61,337 nucleotides of DNA, taken from positions 1-61,337 of the IMG/VR virus record IMGVR_UViG_3300021438_000016; one strand, given 5' to 3'. How positions within the stretch are numbered: the first letter of the stretch is position 1; every line of letters starts with the position of its first letter. Shown piece after piece: positions 19,642 to 29,180 of the stretch. The notes beneath the pieces were generated by a model. It had not been told where the DNA came from. It saw nothing but the letters and a program-made list of their open reading frames with translations, and searched no databases. The translations under genes were made by a program, and so were the position numbers. The DNA comes from a virus. Its lineage: Duplodnaviria; Caudoviricetes.

Positions 19642-20912
19642 ATGGTTGTTACCGAAGAAGTAAGAGAACTTGCCGCATCTGTTAGAGAACTTGCTGCGCC
19701 CGTTAAAGCAGTAGTTGCGTCTGTTAGAGAGCTTGCTGCATTTGTTAGAGAGCTAACTGAATCTGTTAAAGAACTCGCCGCGTACGTTAACGAATATCCA
19801 CCCACAGTATAAGTTCCGGTTCTACTTCCATCATTGGGCAATTTAGCAAAAAGAAGCGCGGCAGAAGTGTTAGCGTACCCACAAACATAAACGGTTCCGT
19901 ATGAATCTACTGTTATAGCCCGTCCAAGATCATTTCCACTTCCACCTAACCGCCTCTGCCATTGAATAGTACCGGAAGTGTTGTATTTGGCTATTTGGAA
20001 ATCATTAGTGCCAGTAGCGGCGGAAGTCCCACAAATATATACATTTCCAGAAGTGTCTGTCGTTATTGAATTTCCGTAATTATCGGAACCTATACCCAAA
20101 CTTTTTTGCCACAAAAGAACGACAGAATTGTTGTATTTTGCTAATATAATATTGGGGTTAGAGCCAGTGTTAGAAGACCCGCAAACATAAATGTTTCCAG
20201 AGGAATCTAACGCTATTGAATTTCCATAACTACTGATACTTCCGTTGGTTAAAGTTCTCTGCCACTGAATGGTGCCGGATGTGTCGTATTTGGCTATCTG
20301 AACGCTGGTAACGGCGCCGTCATAAGAATCGCCACAAATATACACATTACCAGAAGCGTCTACCGCTACTGACTTTCCGGTACTAGAGCTAGTTGCGCTT
20401 AAACTTTTTTGCCATTGAATAACGCCGGAAGAATTACATTTAACTATTTGAATTGCGGTAGTGCTATTATACCCGCAAACATAAATATTCTCGGAAGAAT
20501 CTAGTGCTATTGAAAATCCATAACTAGAGGAGCTACCGCTTGACAGCTTTTTTTGAAATTGTATAGCACCAGAGGTATTATACTTTACTAATTCAATATT
20601 GTAATTTGTACCGTCGTAAGAATACCCACTAACATAAACATTTCCAGTAGAGCCTACTGCTATACCTTGCCCATAGTGGTTAAAACTCCCACCTAAACTT
20701 CTTTGCCACTGAATAAAACCAGAACTGTTGTATTTAACTGTCTCAATTGCCCCGTTAGAAAACCCGCAAAGATAGACACTTCCAACAGAATCAACCGCTA
20801 CGGAATTGCCTTCGGCTGGAGTGCCAAGAAGCCCGATCCAATACCCACCTTGTAAATTAAACAACCCGTAGCCTCGGGCCGAAGCTGCTCCAGCAGTGCT
20901 TAGCAAAGGCAT
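19638..20912 (-). CDS. Beta-propeller (SBBP-like repeat) putative receptor-binding protein
   Basis: About 7 repeats of IAxDSSGNIYVCG...KYNTSGTIQWQR; C-terminal AASSLTD heptad repeats. Confidence 0.75.
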   Translation of the reverse strand: MPLLSTAGAASARGYGLFNLQGGYWIGLLGTPAEGNSVAVDSVGSVYLCGFSNGAIETVKYNSSGFIQWQRSLGGSFNHYGQGIAVGSTGNVYVSGYSYDGTNYNIELVKYNTSGAIQFQKKLSSGSSSSYGFSIALDSSENIYVCGYNSTTAIQIVKCNSSGVIQWQKSLSATSSSTGKSVAVDASGNVYICGDSYDGAVTSVQIAKYDTSGTIQWQRTLTNGSISSYGNSIALDSSGNIYVCGSSNTGSNPNIILAKYNNSVVLLWQKSLGIGSDNYGNSITTDTSGNVYICGTSAATGTNDFQIAKYNTSGTIQWQRRLGGSGNDLGRAITVDSYGTVYVCGYANTSAALLFAKLPNDGSRTGTYTVGGYSLTYAASSLTDSVSSLTNAASSLTDATTALTGAASSLTDAASSLTSSVTTI

Positions 20913-20919
20913 ACTAAAC

Positions 20920-21777
20920 TCACTTAAATGTCGTCTGCGAAGCTAACACTGTAAAAGCCGCGTTGCCGGTCTTTATAATAGTATAGACGTAAGAGTCAAT
21001 ACCACTTGGCTGTCCTGAAGACCAAGCAACACCACCTTGATATTTTGGCGTCACAGCAGCACTATCAATCTGGACCGCGTTATTGTAGTAAGCAGTTGCG
21101 CCTTGCGTTACAAGAAACACCACGGTCATTGATTGACCAGTTGACATTAAGGTATTTAAACTTGTACCGCTTGAACCCCTGAAATTTACTGTCCAGTTTG
21201 CAGAGGCATTTGTTGTGTAATACAGAACAGCTTGCGTAGTTACGTCGTAATTGATAGTCCCCGTTGCCGCAGTTGCAGAAACAGTAATGACCTCTGCCGT
21301 ATCATTAAGAACAGCGCCTAATGTGCTGGAAGACCCAGTAAAAGTTTGTGTGGCAGTAAATGTGTTTGGCGCGGTAGTGGTGATGGAAATTTTTATAAAA
21401 TCCGTACCGTTATACGCAAGCGTGGCTTTTTCTGTCGCCGCTAATACAACACCCGTCTGACCCGTAGCTTTAAAGGTAACCGTATACGTCGCTGACGTAT
21501 TGATAACAACGTAGGTCTTACTTGCTGCCGGAGCCGTAATGGTGATGTTGGCAGACGCGGGGGACGCAATAATAATCGCGTATTGAGATGATGTAGCCCC
21601 AAGAGCCATGTTGGTGGTCTTGGTAAGTGTCGTGTCCGTTGTAACAGTTAATGCACCTGCAACTGCTGCATCAAGATAGCTTGTGATGTAGTTATTAACT
21701 GTATCGCCCCAAGATCCTGATAACTCTCCCTGAACCGGGAGAGCAAGACCCAAAAGCGAAGTGTACGAAGTTGACAT
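20920..21777 (-). CDS. Tail fibre protein
   Basis: Thr/Ala-rich. N-terminal LGLALP..GELSGSWGDTVN, C-terminal TINYDVTTQ...GIDSYVYTIIK domain. Confidence 0.65.
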   Translation of the reverse strand: MSTSYTSLLGLALPVQGELSGSWGDTVNNYITSYLDAAVAGALTVTTDTTLTKTTNMALGATSSQYAIIIASPASANITITAPAASKTYVVINTSATYTVTFKATGQTGVVLAATEKATLAYNGTDFIKISITTTAPNTFTATQTFTGSSSTLGAVLNDTAEVITVSATAATGTINYDVTTQAVLYYTTNASANWTVNFRGSSGTSLNTLMSTGQSMTVVFLVTQGATAYYNNAVQIDSAAVTPKYQGGVAWSSGQPSGIDSYVYTIIKTGNAAFTVLASQTTFK

Positions 21778-21789
21778 GTCAGTCCTTTA

Positions 21790-21960
21790 TTACGTCGGTA
21801 TATCCGTCCACCCCGGAACTTGGGTAGTGGGTATATCCACCCAAAATGGGTTTTGAGGCGTGTCTGTTCCTGTTGCCGCCTCAATCACTTCCAACGAATA
21901 TGTCGCTGGGTTTGAAGTAGCGTAGGGTTGCGAACTGTAGGGGCCGTCGCCGTAAAACAT
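21790..21960 (-). CDS. Small hypothetical protein (56 aa, MFYGDGPYS...)
   Basis: ATG directly after the upstream stop; fills the gap between tail genes. Confidence 0.5.
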   Translation of the reverse strand: MFYGDGPYSSQPYATSNPATYSLEVIEAATGTDTPQNPFWVDIPTTQVPGWTDIPT

Positions 21961-21961
21961 T

Positions 21962-23218
21962 TTATAGACGATACAAAACGTAGGTGCTTGCAGCAGTCCT
22001 ACGGATACGATACCGAGCAGAAGTGCCAGTCGTAATAGAAAGTGACCCAAGAGAGGTAACACCCGTGTTCACTGCCATCGTAATGGTGCCAGTAGCGGTG
22101 TTGATGATACTAAAGTCGTACCCCATGTTCACGGTCGCCCAGTCTGCCAACGTATCCAACGTCGTACCTAACGGCATTGTTACCGTATAAGTAGTGCCAG
22201 TTGTGTTGATGATCTGCGCTTGGATGTTTGCGTTCGTGAGCGTTGCTGTTGTGCTAATTGACGCTGGAGCCGGGGCGTAAGGCATAAGCCCACCAGCTTG
22301 CATCTGCAAGTTACCCGCATTATCAACCCGAGCTTTTTCTGCAACTACAGAAGCGTTGGCAGTGTTAATAACAAAACTGCCGTTAACAGCACCCGCCGTA
22401 TTGACGTTAATGGCTGAACCGACTTGAGCGTATATAACAGTAGCGCTGCTACTGTTTTGCATTTGGAAGTCCAACAGATTCTTGTTGGCTACCGTGTTGT
22501 TGGTCCGTATGAAGGTCGCGGTGGACTCAATAGAGTCAGAAACCGTCAGCCTCTTTCCATCAGTCGCCGTGCCGACCAGCAAGTTGCCGGAGGCGTTAAT
22601 ATATACAACCCCAGCGCTGTTAGTAGCAAAACCGACTGTATTAGCAGCGGGCAAATACACCCCGTTAGTGGGTGCGGTATTGCCTGTAGGGATTAGACTC
22701 GCCGCTGTAGTCGCCCCTGTCGATGTAACTGTGGTAGCCGATACTGTGCCTGCCGCTACCGCGCCCGCCGTTGAGAAACTAGCCGCTGTAGCAGATCCAG
22801 TCGTTGCAAAATTGGTTCCGTCAAACGTAAGCGCGGTGCCCGCTGCGGCAATCCCAGAGCCAGTGTAGTAAAGTACGCCGTTGGTGGTAGCGCCGCCGTT
22901 GACCTGAACCAAAGTCCGAGTGGCTGGCTGCGTGACAAATACGTCTTTAGTACCCGCTGTGAAAGAAACCGCTGCTCCGCTATTGCTTGAGGCAAAGACA
23001 GTCGTCCGCGTTAAATTTGCACTGGTGGAATCAAGCGTCCCGTATCCAACTTCCCACTCATTCGCAGTTTGGCTAACAATCGCGTAGTAGGTAGTGTTGC
23101 TGTTCCCAATACCAGCGGCAAAAGTGCGAAATCCAAGTGGGGATCCGGATAAAGCTACAGCCCCTGTGCCAACCGTAGTTGTGGTTTCCTTTACTCGATC
23201 AGCAACAACAAATGCCAT
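21962..23218 (-). CDS. Tail fibre/structural protein
   Basis: MAFVVADRVKETTTTVGTG...EWEVGYG...GTKDVFVT N-terminus; Thr/Ala/Gly-rich shaft. Confidence 0.65.
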   Translation of the reverse strand: MAFVVADRVKETTTTVGTGAVALSGSPLGFRTFAAGIGNSNTTYYAIVSQTANEWEVGYGTLDSTSANLTRTTVFASSNSGAAVSFTAGTKDVFVTQPATRTLVQVNGGATTNGVLYYTGSGIAAAGTALTFDGTNFATTGSATAASFSTAGAVAAGTVSATTVTSTGATTAASLIPTGNTAPTNGVYLPAANTVGFATNSAGVVYINASGNLLVGTATDGKRLTVSDSIESTATFIRTNNTVANKNLLDFQMQNSSSATVIYAQVGSAINVNTAGAVNGSFVINTANASVVAEKARVDNAGNLQMQAGGLMPYAPAPASISTTATLTNANIQAQIINTTGTTYTVTMPLGTTLDTLADWATVNMGYDFSIINTATGTITMAVNTGVTSLGSLSITTGTSARYRIRRTAASTYVLYRL

Positions 23219-23220
23219 GA

Positions 23221-23733
23221 TTACGCCGCCGTTAAGCTAAATGTATAAAGTACGTTCACGGTATCCCCCGAAACAACCGTACGGTTACCGCTCGTAAAAT
23301 TTGATCCTGAGAACAGCGTTCCCGTTGCGCCAGATTTTGCGTTATTGCTTGTTAAGAACGCCCCAGCAATAATACCGCCAGCGGTAATTGTATATACAGC
23401 AACAGAAGCCGCGTTGGTTACAATTGAAGGGTTAGCAATAGTAGCAGTAGCAAAAACAGCAGAAGGTCTGGTGGCTTGGCTGTACCCCGTAAACTCCACC
23501 CAGCTATGACTTGCCATTGTATCGGTAGAAGCGTAAACAACCCCCGACCCCGGACCCGTCACAAGACCGATATACCACGCAGGGATTTGAGTAGCCCCAA
23601 CCAGCGCCGTTCCGGCCATGTACTGGATGCCGGTGTTCACCACCAAGTTGTGGTTTTTTTCTTCCCACTTTAAGTTTCCAGCGTTGTCATAACAGAGCAC
23701 ATGGAACTGACCGGAGGCCGACATTTTCTCCAT
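23221..23733 (-). CDS. Virion structural protein
   Basis: 170 aa; KWEEKNHNLVVNTG...GTLFS motifs; within the structural operon. Confidence 0.55.
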   Translation of the reverse strand: MEKMSASGQFHVLCYDNAGNLKWEEKNHNLVVNTGIQYMAGTALVGATQIPAWYIGLVTGPGSGVVYASTDTMASHSWVEFTGYSQATRPSAVFATATIANPSIVTNAASVAVYTITAGGIIAGAFLTSNNAKSGATGTLFSGSNFTSGNRTVVSGDTVNVLYTFSLTAA

Positions 23734-23741
23734 GGTGAACC

Positions 23742-24164
23742 CTAGTTAGACGACCGGATTAACGCATCCGCCGCGGTATTGCCCGGAAGCACAATAGCGA
23801 ATGTATTATTAGTCACTGTTTTATCCGCCCCAAAATCCAGCACTGCAATTGAACGGTTAGCTTTACTCGCGTTGTATATCAATGCTGCACGGGCTGTAAA
23901 CGAAGCCGAAGTCCAACTCGGGTTGGTGAAGCTAACGTACGCCGTGTATCCAGAAGAGTTGACCGTCACACCAGTAAGCGTAACCCCACCAGCAGTATAC
24001 CCTGCACCCGTAATTTCGTTCGTGGTGGAGTACGCGGTGGTACTTTCATTAAGCGTAGCGTTTCCCGTGTACAACGCAATCTTCAAAGTATCAGTCGTCA
24101 GGTTGTGAATAGCCTGATACAACTCCGCTTTAAAGCTAGTTGTCTGGGTCTGAATAATAGACAT
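23742..24164 (-). CDS. Virion structural protein
   Basis: 140 aa; SFKAEL...KIALY...GYTAGG...ARAALIYN...VLDFG. Confidence 0.6.
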   Translation of the reverse strand: MSIIQTQTTSFKAELYQAIHNLTTDTLKIALYTGNATLNESTTAYSTTNEITGAGYTAGGVTLTGVTVNSSGYTAYVSFTNPSWTSASFTARAALIYNASKANRSIAVLDFGADKTVTNNTFAIVLPGNTAADALIRSSN

Positions 24165-24814
24165 CAGATAACCTGCACGCGAGTCTGACCACTACGGTAC
24201 GCGTCCTGACGATCCTTGCCATCACCCAGTTGTTTAAGCAGAATTAGCGCGTTGTCGTACATGCCTTTGTAGACGGCTATAAGGTCCTGCTCACCCTTCA
24301 TAAACCGGAGGGCTTCAACTAACGCACCGTTGAGCAGCGCGGAATCAAAATTATCTCCAAGCCACGTGGTCTGTGCGGTCACAATTGACTCTGGGTAATA
24401 GTAATAATGCAACTCTACGTTGTAGATTGCATCGGGCGTGGGTCCGAGAATAAACGTCAGCTCTGTCGGTATTGAATATTGCGGACCAAAAAGAGCGTAG
24501 TGGGCGGGAGTGCCGTAGTCTGTCGGATTTGGGTACGCTTCACGAATGAAGTTCACATCCTTATTGAGCAGGAATGTGTAAGACCCATCCGTCGGAAAAA
24601 TCGCCATTGAGTACACAGACAGAAAATCATCCGGGCAAGCCAGATATTTGTTGTGCACTGAGGTCGTACCGGTCACGTTCTTACGCAGGTTGGGGAGCTG
24701 GACCGTGTTATAGATCTTTTGCTCAGCCTGCTTGATGAACATGTCCATATCTCTCGTCAGGAAAGTATTTTCCGTGATGTCAGATATGTATGTGACCAGT
24801 TCCGTGTAAGTCAT
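24164..24814 (-). CDS. Putative head-tail adaptor/tail tubular protein
   Basis: MTYTEL...FIKQAEQKI...PTPD...LLNGALVEA. Confidence 0.6.
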   Translation of the reverse strand: MTYTELVTYISDITENTFLTRDMDMFIKQAEQKIYNTVQLPNLRKNVTGTTSVHNKYLACPDDFLSVYSMAIFPTDGSYTFLLNKDVNFIREAYPNPTDYGTPAHYALFGPQYSIPTELTFILGPTPDAIYNVELHYYYYPESIVTAQTTWLGDNFDSALLNGALVEALRFMKGEQDLIAVYKGMYDNALILLKQLGDGKDRQDAYRSGQTRVQVI

Positions 24815-25080
24815 GCCATCGGGCCCCGAGACATTGTGCCCTTGGTGGCTGCGCCAACGCCGCGCATTTTAATGCCGGAAGTCTTAGGTGGAGGGCACTC
24901 TTTACTAGAGACGTTACTGACGCTGACGCACAGGTCATCAAGACTCATGGATCGGGAGTCTTTGCTATAACCACTGTTGCTTAAATCAACACCTTTTTTG
25001 CCCGACATGCTGTGCGGCTGGGCATAGGTTGAAGCAGGGCCAACCTCTTTTCCACCACGTTTCATACTAAAATTTCCCAT
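24811..25080 (-). CDS. Small basic protein
   Basis: 89 aa; MKRGG and C-terminal RGVGAATKG motifs. Confidence 0.6.
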   Translation of the reverse strand: MGNFSMKRGGKEVGPASTYAQPHSMSGKKGVDLSNSGYSKDSRSMSLDDLCVSVSNVSSKECPPPKTSGIKMRGVGAATKGTMSRGPMA

Positions 25081-25256
25081 TACCGCCCCCGTGCGCCGCT
25101 GCGCTGGTTCATGACGCGAGCCATGTTTTTGCCATATTTCATGCGGTCATCCGTGGTCGGGCCACCGGCTTTCATGCCTTTAGCGCCCTTGTGCATCCGC
25201 TTCTCGTGAGCGCGAACTTCTGTGTCCGCAATATCTTTAACTTCCTTCCTGTCCAT
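25080..25256 (-). CDS. Small basic protein (58 aa, not in the ORF track)
   Basis: MDRKEVKDIADTEVRAHEKRMHKGAKGMKAGGPTTDDRMKYGKNMARVMNQRSGARGR; GGAG RBS; TAATG coupling to the next gene. Confidence 0.7.
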   Translation of the reverse strand: MDRKEVKDIADTEVRAHEKRMHKGAKGMKAGGPTTDDRMKYGKNMARVMNQRSGARGR

Positions 25257-25265
25257 TACGGACTC

Positions 25266-25655
25266 CTATGATGTCGTAACCGTTACTGTACCAACGTATG
25301 TTGTCGCAACCAAATAATTGGGTGTTAATGGGTCGTCAAACCCCCTAGACCCGCCAACTGGATTCCAACCCCACTGAAAAATTCTACTACCTTCTGACGG
25401 GTAGCCGAGCACATTCACACCAGACTGATAGTAGCTAAGATCTTTACGGGGTTCCCGTAGTGCCTGAGGGTCCTCGACCGGATACATACCAAGCTGAAGC
25501 TGCGGCTGATCTGGTGTCCAACACTGAGGACAGACCTTGATATTTACCAGTTTTGTCTTGACTACTAGCTTTTTGAGATCCTTTAACTTAAAACGGAATC
25601 CGCACCGGTCGCACTCCGCAATAGCTCTTTTGCCAGAGGCAAACCTATTACCCAT
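25266..25655 (-). CDS. Phage protein with CxxC...CxxC zinc finger
   Basis: AIAECDRCGFRF...VCPQCWTPDQPQL. Confidence 0.65.
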   Translation of the reverse strand: MGNRFASGKRAIAECDRCGFRFKLKDLKKLVVKTKLVNIKVCPQCWTPDQPQLQLGMYPVEDPQALREPRKDLSYYQSGVNVLGYPSEGSRIFQWGWNPVGGSRGFDDPLTPNYLVATTYVGTVTVTTS

Positions 25656-26365
25656 TAGCTGCTACCGATAAAATACTGCCGGGGCACGAACCGATCCGCT
25701 GCTTTCTCCCGGTCTTCAGACGCGGCCAACTGCCACTGATATTCATACTCAGTCTTTAGCATGTCAAGACGTTGCGCCCCCTCAGGAATCTTCATGGCTA
25801 TATAGTAAGCCAACCCTGCGGTAAGGCAGGGGAGAAACCGGAAGTTCACGTCGGCGGTGTTGACACCCGTGTTGATGTTGTCCATCCGACGCAGCCGCCA
25901 GTAGACAAAGGTGTAGTACGGATCTAAAGTTGTACCCTGATCTGGAATAGGCCAGACAGTAATCGTGGGGGTAGCTTGCTTGCGGTCAATATAAACTTGG
26001 ATCGGACGCGCTTGGCTAAGTTTGTTTGGGATCGTGGCGTACGTTGAAACGCTAATCCGAGTGATGGTCAGATCCGCTTGGGTGGCAGTATTTCCCGATC
26101 CAGTACGGATTACGTGCTCAAGCAGGTCTACTGTGTCGGAGGGCAGATTGTAGGTCGCAGTGCCTTCGTTCATGGGAATCGAGCCCTGCTCAATCGTCCA
26201 CATATTGATACCACGGTTGGCCCACTCGGCCATCATGATATTAGCACTACGCCGCGCCGTCCGAAGATCGTAACCGGAGCGCATCTCACGACCTGCACGT
26301 TCAAACGCTTCTTCAGCGAGTTCCGTGAAGTTCATATCAAAGTTGGCGACTCCGGATACTGTCAT
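25655..26365 (-). CDS. Putative head-tail adaptor protein
   Basis: EEAFERAG...GYDLRTARRS...WANRGINMW...RFLPCLTAGLAYY. Confidence 0.6.
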   Translation of the reverse strand: MTVSGVANFDMNFTELAEEAFERAGREMRSGYDLRTARRSANIMMAEWANRGINMWTIEQGSIPMNEGTATYNLPSDTVDLLEHVIRTGSGNTATQADLTITRISVSTYATIPNKLSQARPIQVYIDRKQATPTITVWPIPDQGTTLDPYYTFVYWRLRRMDNINTGVNTADVNFRFLPCLTAGLAYYIAMKIPEGAQRLDMLKTEYEYQWQLAASEDREKAADRFVPRQYFIGSS

Positions 26366-26613
26366 TTTTTAGCCGTTTTAGCAGAGTCGATAAAGTCTTG
26401 TTTGGAAGGAGCGCCCTTAGCTCCGGGCTTCCTCATCTTCTCGCCAGAGCCTTGGGCAATACGTTTGCGTTTGGCGTTGATGTTGTCGTACAGACCAACA
26501 TGCCCGCCTTCAGCATACATGGCGACATCATTTGGGTTATCTTTACGTTTGATAACCTTTTTTCCCGGCATCTTGGATGGGTCGATAGCGCCCATCCCAC
26601 GGCTTGCCATCAT
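26362..26613 (-). CDS. Small Lys-rich protein
   Basis: Start moved to MMASRGMGA; YAEGG motif; GLYDNINAKRKRI. Confidence 0.65.
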   Translation of the reverse strand: MMASRGMGAIDPSKMPGKKVIKRKDNPNDVAMYAEGGHVGLYDNINAKRKRIAQGSGEKMRKPGAKGAPSKQDFIDSAKTAKK

Positions 26614-26614
26614 C

Positions 26615-26953
26615 TCAACACTTCCCGCCGCCAGCCATTTTGATCTGCTTGGCTTTGGTCTTGCCACGTTGAGCGCAGCCGTCAATCGAGCCGCCCTTGG
26701 CGTAACCTTTCATTTCCGCTTTTTCATGTTTGATCATGGAAGCAGGAGCGCCTTTCTTCTTCATGAAGGCCACTTCTTTGCCAACCATTGCTTTCGATTC
26801 AGCCATGTCACCACCCTTAGAAAATTTACGACCCTTGTCAGCCGCTGCAAAGTCTTTACCAACCGATTGCGGCACACCGGCTTTTTTAGCAAACGAAGGC
26901 GAATGAGCAATCGCCTCCATAAAGTTGTGTTGGGCCTTTGAGGAAGAAGGCAT
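26615..26953 (-). CDS. Small Lys-rich protein
   Basis: 112 aa; FSKGG, YAKGG, MAGGG and DGCAQRGKTK motifs. Confidence 0.7.
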   Translation of the reverse strand: MPSSSKAQHNFMEAIAHSPSFAKKAGVPQSVGKDFAAADKGRKFSKGGDMAESKAMVGKEVAFMKKKGAPASMIKHEKAEMKGYAKGGSIDGCAQRGKTKAKQIKMAGGGKC

Positions 26954-28281
26954 TACACCATCCTACCTTTGGTTTTACCGCGCTGAGCGCAACCATCTGC
27001 ACGACCGACAAATCCACCCTTCTTAAAGGCTGGGATTTTACCGCCCTTTTTCATATCGTACCGAGGAGTGGACAACCCGTCATTCGGAAGATCTTTAATG
27101 CGATTGCGTTTTTCTGCGCGGCCAGCAATATACTCTTGCATGAAGCCGGGTTCGCGCTCTTTCTGCGGAATCTTATCGCTACGCTTCTGAGCAGCGGCAA
27201 CCCGACGCGAGCGTGCCCCCAAATCGGGAGGGCCTTCGTTAGCTTTACGGGATTTTTCCATTGCGGAAGTCTCACTCAAACCCATTTCTTCCGCAGGGGT
27301 CTTCGTCTTAGCTGGCGCTGGAGGCCCTTCTTTGGCAGCTTCCTTGGCCTTACGCATCCGCTCCATCGAAGGGGTTTCTTTCAAACCCTTCCTTTCGGCA
27401 GAAGTCTTTACCCGTAGTGGTTCCGGCGGACCTTCTTTAGCGGCTTCTTTGGCCTTACGCATCCGCTCCATCGAAGGAGTGTCACGCAAGCCCATTTCTT
27501 CCGTAGCAGTCTTTGGCTTTGGTGGTGCGGATGGCCCTTCAATCTTGGCGTCTTTAACTCGCTCAACAGCGGGTTTGGCAGAAACTGTATCCGCCTTTGA
27601 GTCTAGCCTTGGCTCAATTTTGGGTGTAGATTTAGGTGCAGGGGTGGAGGCAGACTCAAACATCCGACCTAGGCCCATGGCCCCACGAATACCGGCACCC
27701 ACACCGCGCAACGCAGGAGAAGCGGCCATCGCAGACTGAGCAAGTTGTTTACCGGCTAAATTAGAGTTGTCAATTTCTTCACCCTTAGGCCCCGGAATAA
27801 CATCCGTACCGGGAATGTCTTCAGGTTTAGCCCGTCTAGGAGGAGTAGAGAACACAGGGGGGCCATCCCCTCGCATCCCGCGCGATTTACCGGCCTCAGA
27901 ATCTTGGGTGATTTTAGCGGGTTTAGGAGCAGCGGGTTTAGAAGCAGAAGCAGAAGAACCAGCGGCGGGCCTAGAAGCCGTGGTAGTAAAGCTGCTAGGT
28001 GCCGCGCCTTTATCGTAGTCCGCGCGACTTTCCTCATCAGTCATTGTAGAAGAGCTAGCTATTTTCCCACTACCACTTTCGACAGGCTTAGTTTCAGCAG
28101 GTTTAACAGGTTCCGCTCTAGTGGGGGCGTCTTCCGTTTTTTCAGCTTTAGCTTCTTTACGTTCTTCAGCTTTTACCGACCGGGCGCGGTTGCTAAAGTC
28201 CGTGTATGAGAATGGATCGCCCGAACCTGCGCCTACAGCCCCACCTTCGTCGTAGCGCTTAAACTTTTTTAGTTTTCTCAT
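26953..28281 (-). CDS. Low-complexity Lys/Pro/Ala-rich protein with internal 35-aa repeats
   Basis: 442 aa; YDEGG, MKKGG, FKKGG and ADGCAQRGKTKG motifs. Confidence 0.7.
   Translation of the reverse strand: MRKLKKFKRYDEGGAVGAGSGDPFSYTDFSNRARSVKAEERKEAKAEKTEDAPTRAEPVKPAETKPVESGSGKIASSSTMTDEESRADYDKGAAPSSFTTTASRPAAGSSASASKPAAPKPAKITQDSEAGKSRGMRGDGPPVFSTPPRRAKPEDIPGTDVIPGPKGEEIDNSNLAGKQLAQSAMAASPALRGVGAGIRGAMGLGRMFESASTPAPKSTPKIEPRLDSKADTVSAKPAVERVKDAKIEGPSAPPKPKTATEEMGLRDTPSMERMRKAKEAAKEGPPEPLRVKTSAERKGLKETPSMERMRKAKEAAKEGPPAPAKTKTPAEEMGLSETSAMEKSRKANEGPPDLGARSRRVAAAQKRSDKIPQKEREPGFMQEYIAGRAEKRNRIKDLPNDGLSTPRYDMKKGGKIPAFKKGGFVGRADGCAQRGKTKGRMV
27230..27515. repeat. ~105-bp coding repeat (about 3 copies)
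   Basis: KT(A/S/P)xExxGLx(D/E)T(P/S)xME..RKA...EGPP repeated; ttggccttacgcatccgctccatcgaagg occurs twice. Confidence 0.8.
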
Positions 28282-28514
28282 GAGTGTTTTTCCATCAACT
28301 TATCAATCTTGATCTCAAGGCGATCAAGTCGGTCGAAAATGCGTTTCACGTCCGCATCGAGCTGTGCTCTGGTCACATACTCTCTAGGAAGTTCTTCGCG
28401 AGTTTTGTTGATAAGAATCTGAAGGCGCTTCAGTTCGTCAAACAGGTTCTTTAGGATGAAGCCAATTGCACCGGTGGCAACTGACAAAATGATGTTCCAG
28501 AGCTGGGGTTCCAC
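28278..28514 (-). CDS. Small membrane/coiled-coil hypothetical protein
   Basis: Hydrophobic N-terminus, REELPREYV, LDRLEIKIDKL. Confidence 0.65.
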   Translation of the reverse strand: MEPQLWNIILSVATGAIGFILKNLFDELKRLQILINKTREELPREYVTRAQLDADVKRIFDRLDRLEIKIDKLMEKHS

Positions 28515-28760
28515 TTAGCACCTCCACGCCCGGAGGCTCTTATTGATACGGGAGTCGGGGTCGTTGGCGGTCTTGGCGCTGGTGAGTTTCTTCTTCATAC
28601 CGGTCATCCGGGCACAGAATGAGTCGCGCCGTGAGCCGCCTTCGGGCTGCGGAGGTTTGAGATTCATACCTTGCGCTTTTGCAGACGCTCTGCCCTTGGC
28701 GTTCAGTCCGCCTTCGGGGTTTTTGCCTTCTTTACGCTGCCATGCCGGGGACTTAGCCAT
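28515..28760 (-). CDS. Small basic phage protein (DUF6321-like)
   Basis: AWQRKEGKNPEGGLNAKGR...RRDSFCARM...SLRAWRC. Confidence 0.7.
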   Translation of the reverse strand: MAKSPAWQRKEGKNPEGGLNAKGRASAKAQGMNLKPPQPEGGSRRDSFCARMTGMKKKLTSAKTANDPDSRINKSLRAWRC

Positions 28761-29178
28761 TTTGTTTCGGCCATGTAATGTTAAACGGGTCTGGCTGGGT
28801 GGTTATATCGCGTAGTTCCTGACGATACGTTGCCCATACAGTTTTGTCAACCGGAGAGTCCGATAGCTGGGTCCAGTCCGTATCTTTGAGCATCTGATTA
28901 CGGGCGCTGCGGATCGCAGACCATTGGGTATCAACTCGTGCCTGAAGTTCTTCAGCGGTCAGCGGTTCTACATCAACCAGACAGCACATCCCGTCATACA
29001 GATGCGGGGCAGCAGAAACTAACTTCTCGGTCGCATGGTCGTAGGGTTTCCACACCGAGATGACGTAGTAGCCCTGATCCGCAATCCAGTCCAGCGACGG
29101 CCCACGGTCACCGAACGAGGTGTTAGGAAACCACTCTGTGTGGTCTTTGATGATGAGTTCTGAGTTAGCAAGCTGCAC
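28753..29178 (-). CDS. Tail fibre assembly chaperone
   Basis: IRSARNQMLKDTDWTQLSD...WATYRQELRDIT...WP. Confidence 0.85.
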   Translation of the reverse strand: MQLANSELIIKDHTEWFPNTSFGDRGPSLDWIADQGYYVISVWKPYDHATEKLVSAAPHLYDGMCCLVDVEPLTAEELQARVDTQWSAIRSARNQMLKDTDWTQLSDSPVDKTVWATYRQELRDITTQPDPFNITWPKQNG

Positions 29179-29180
29179 GA

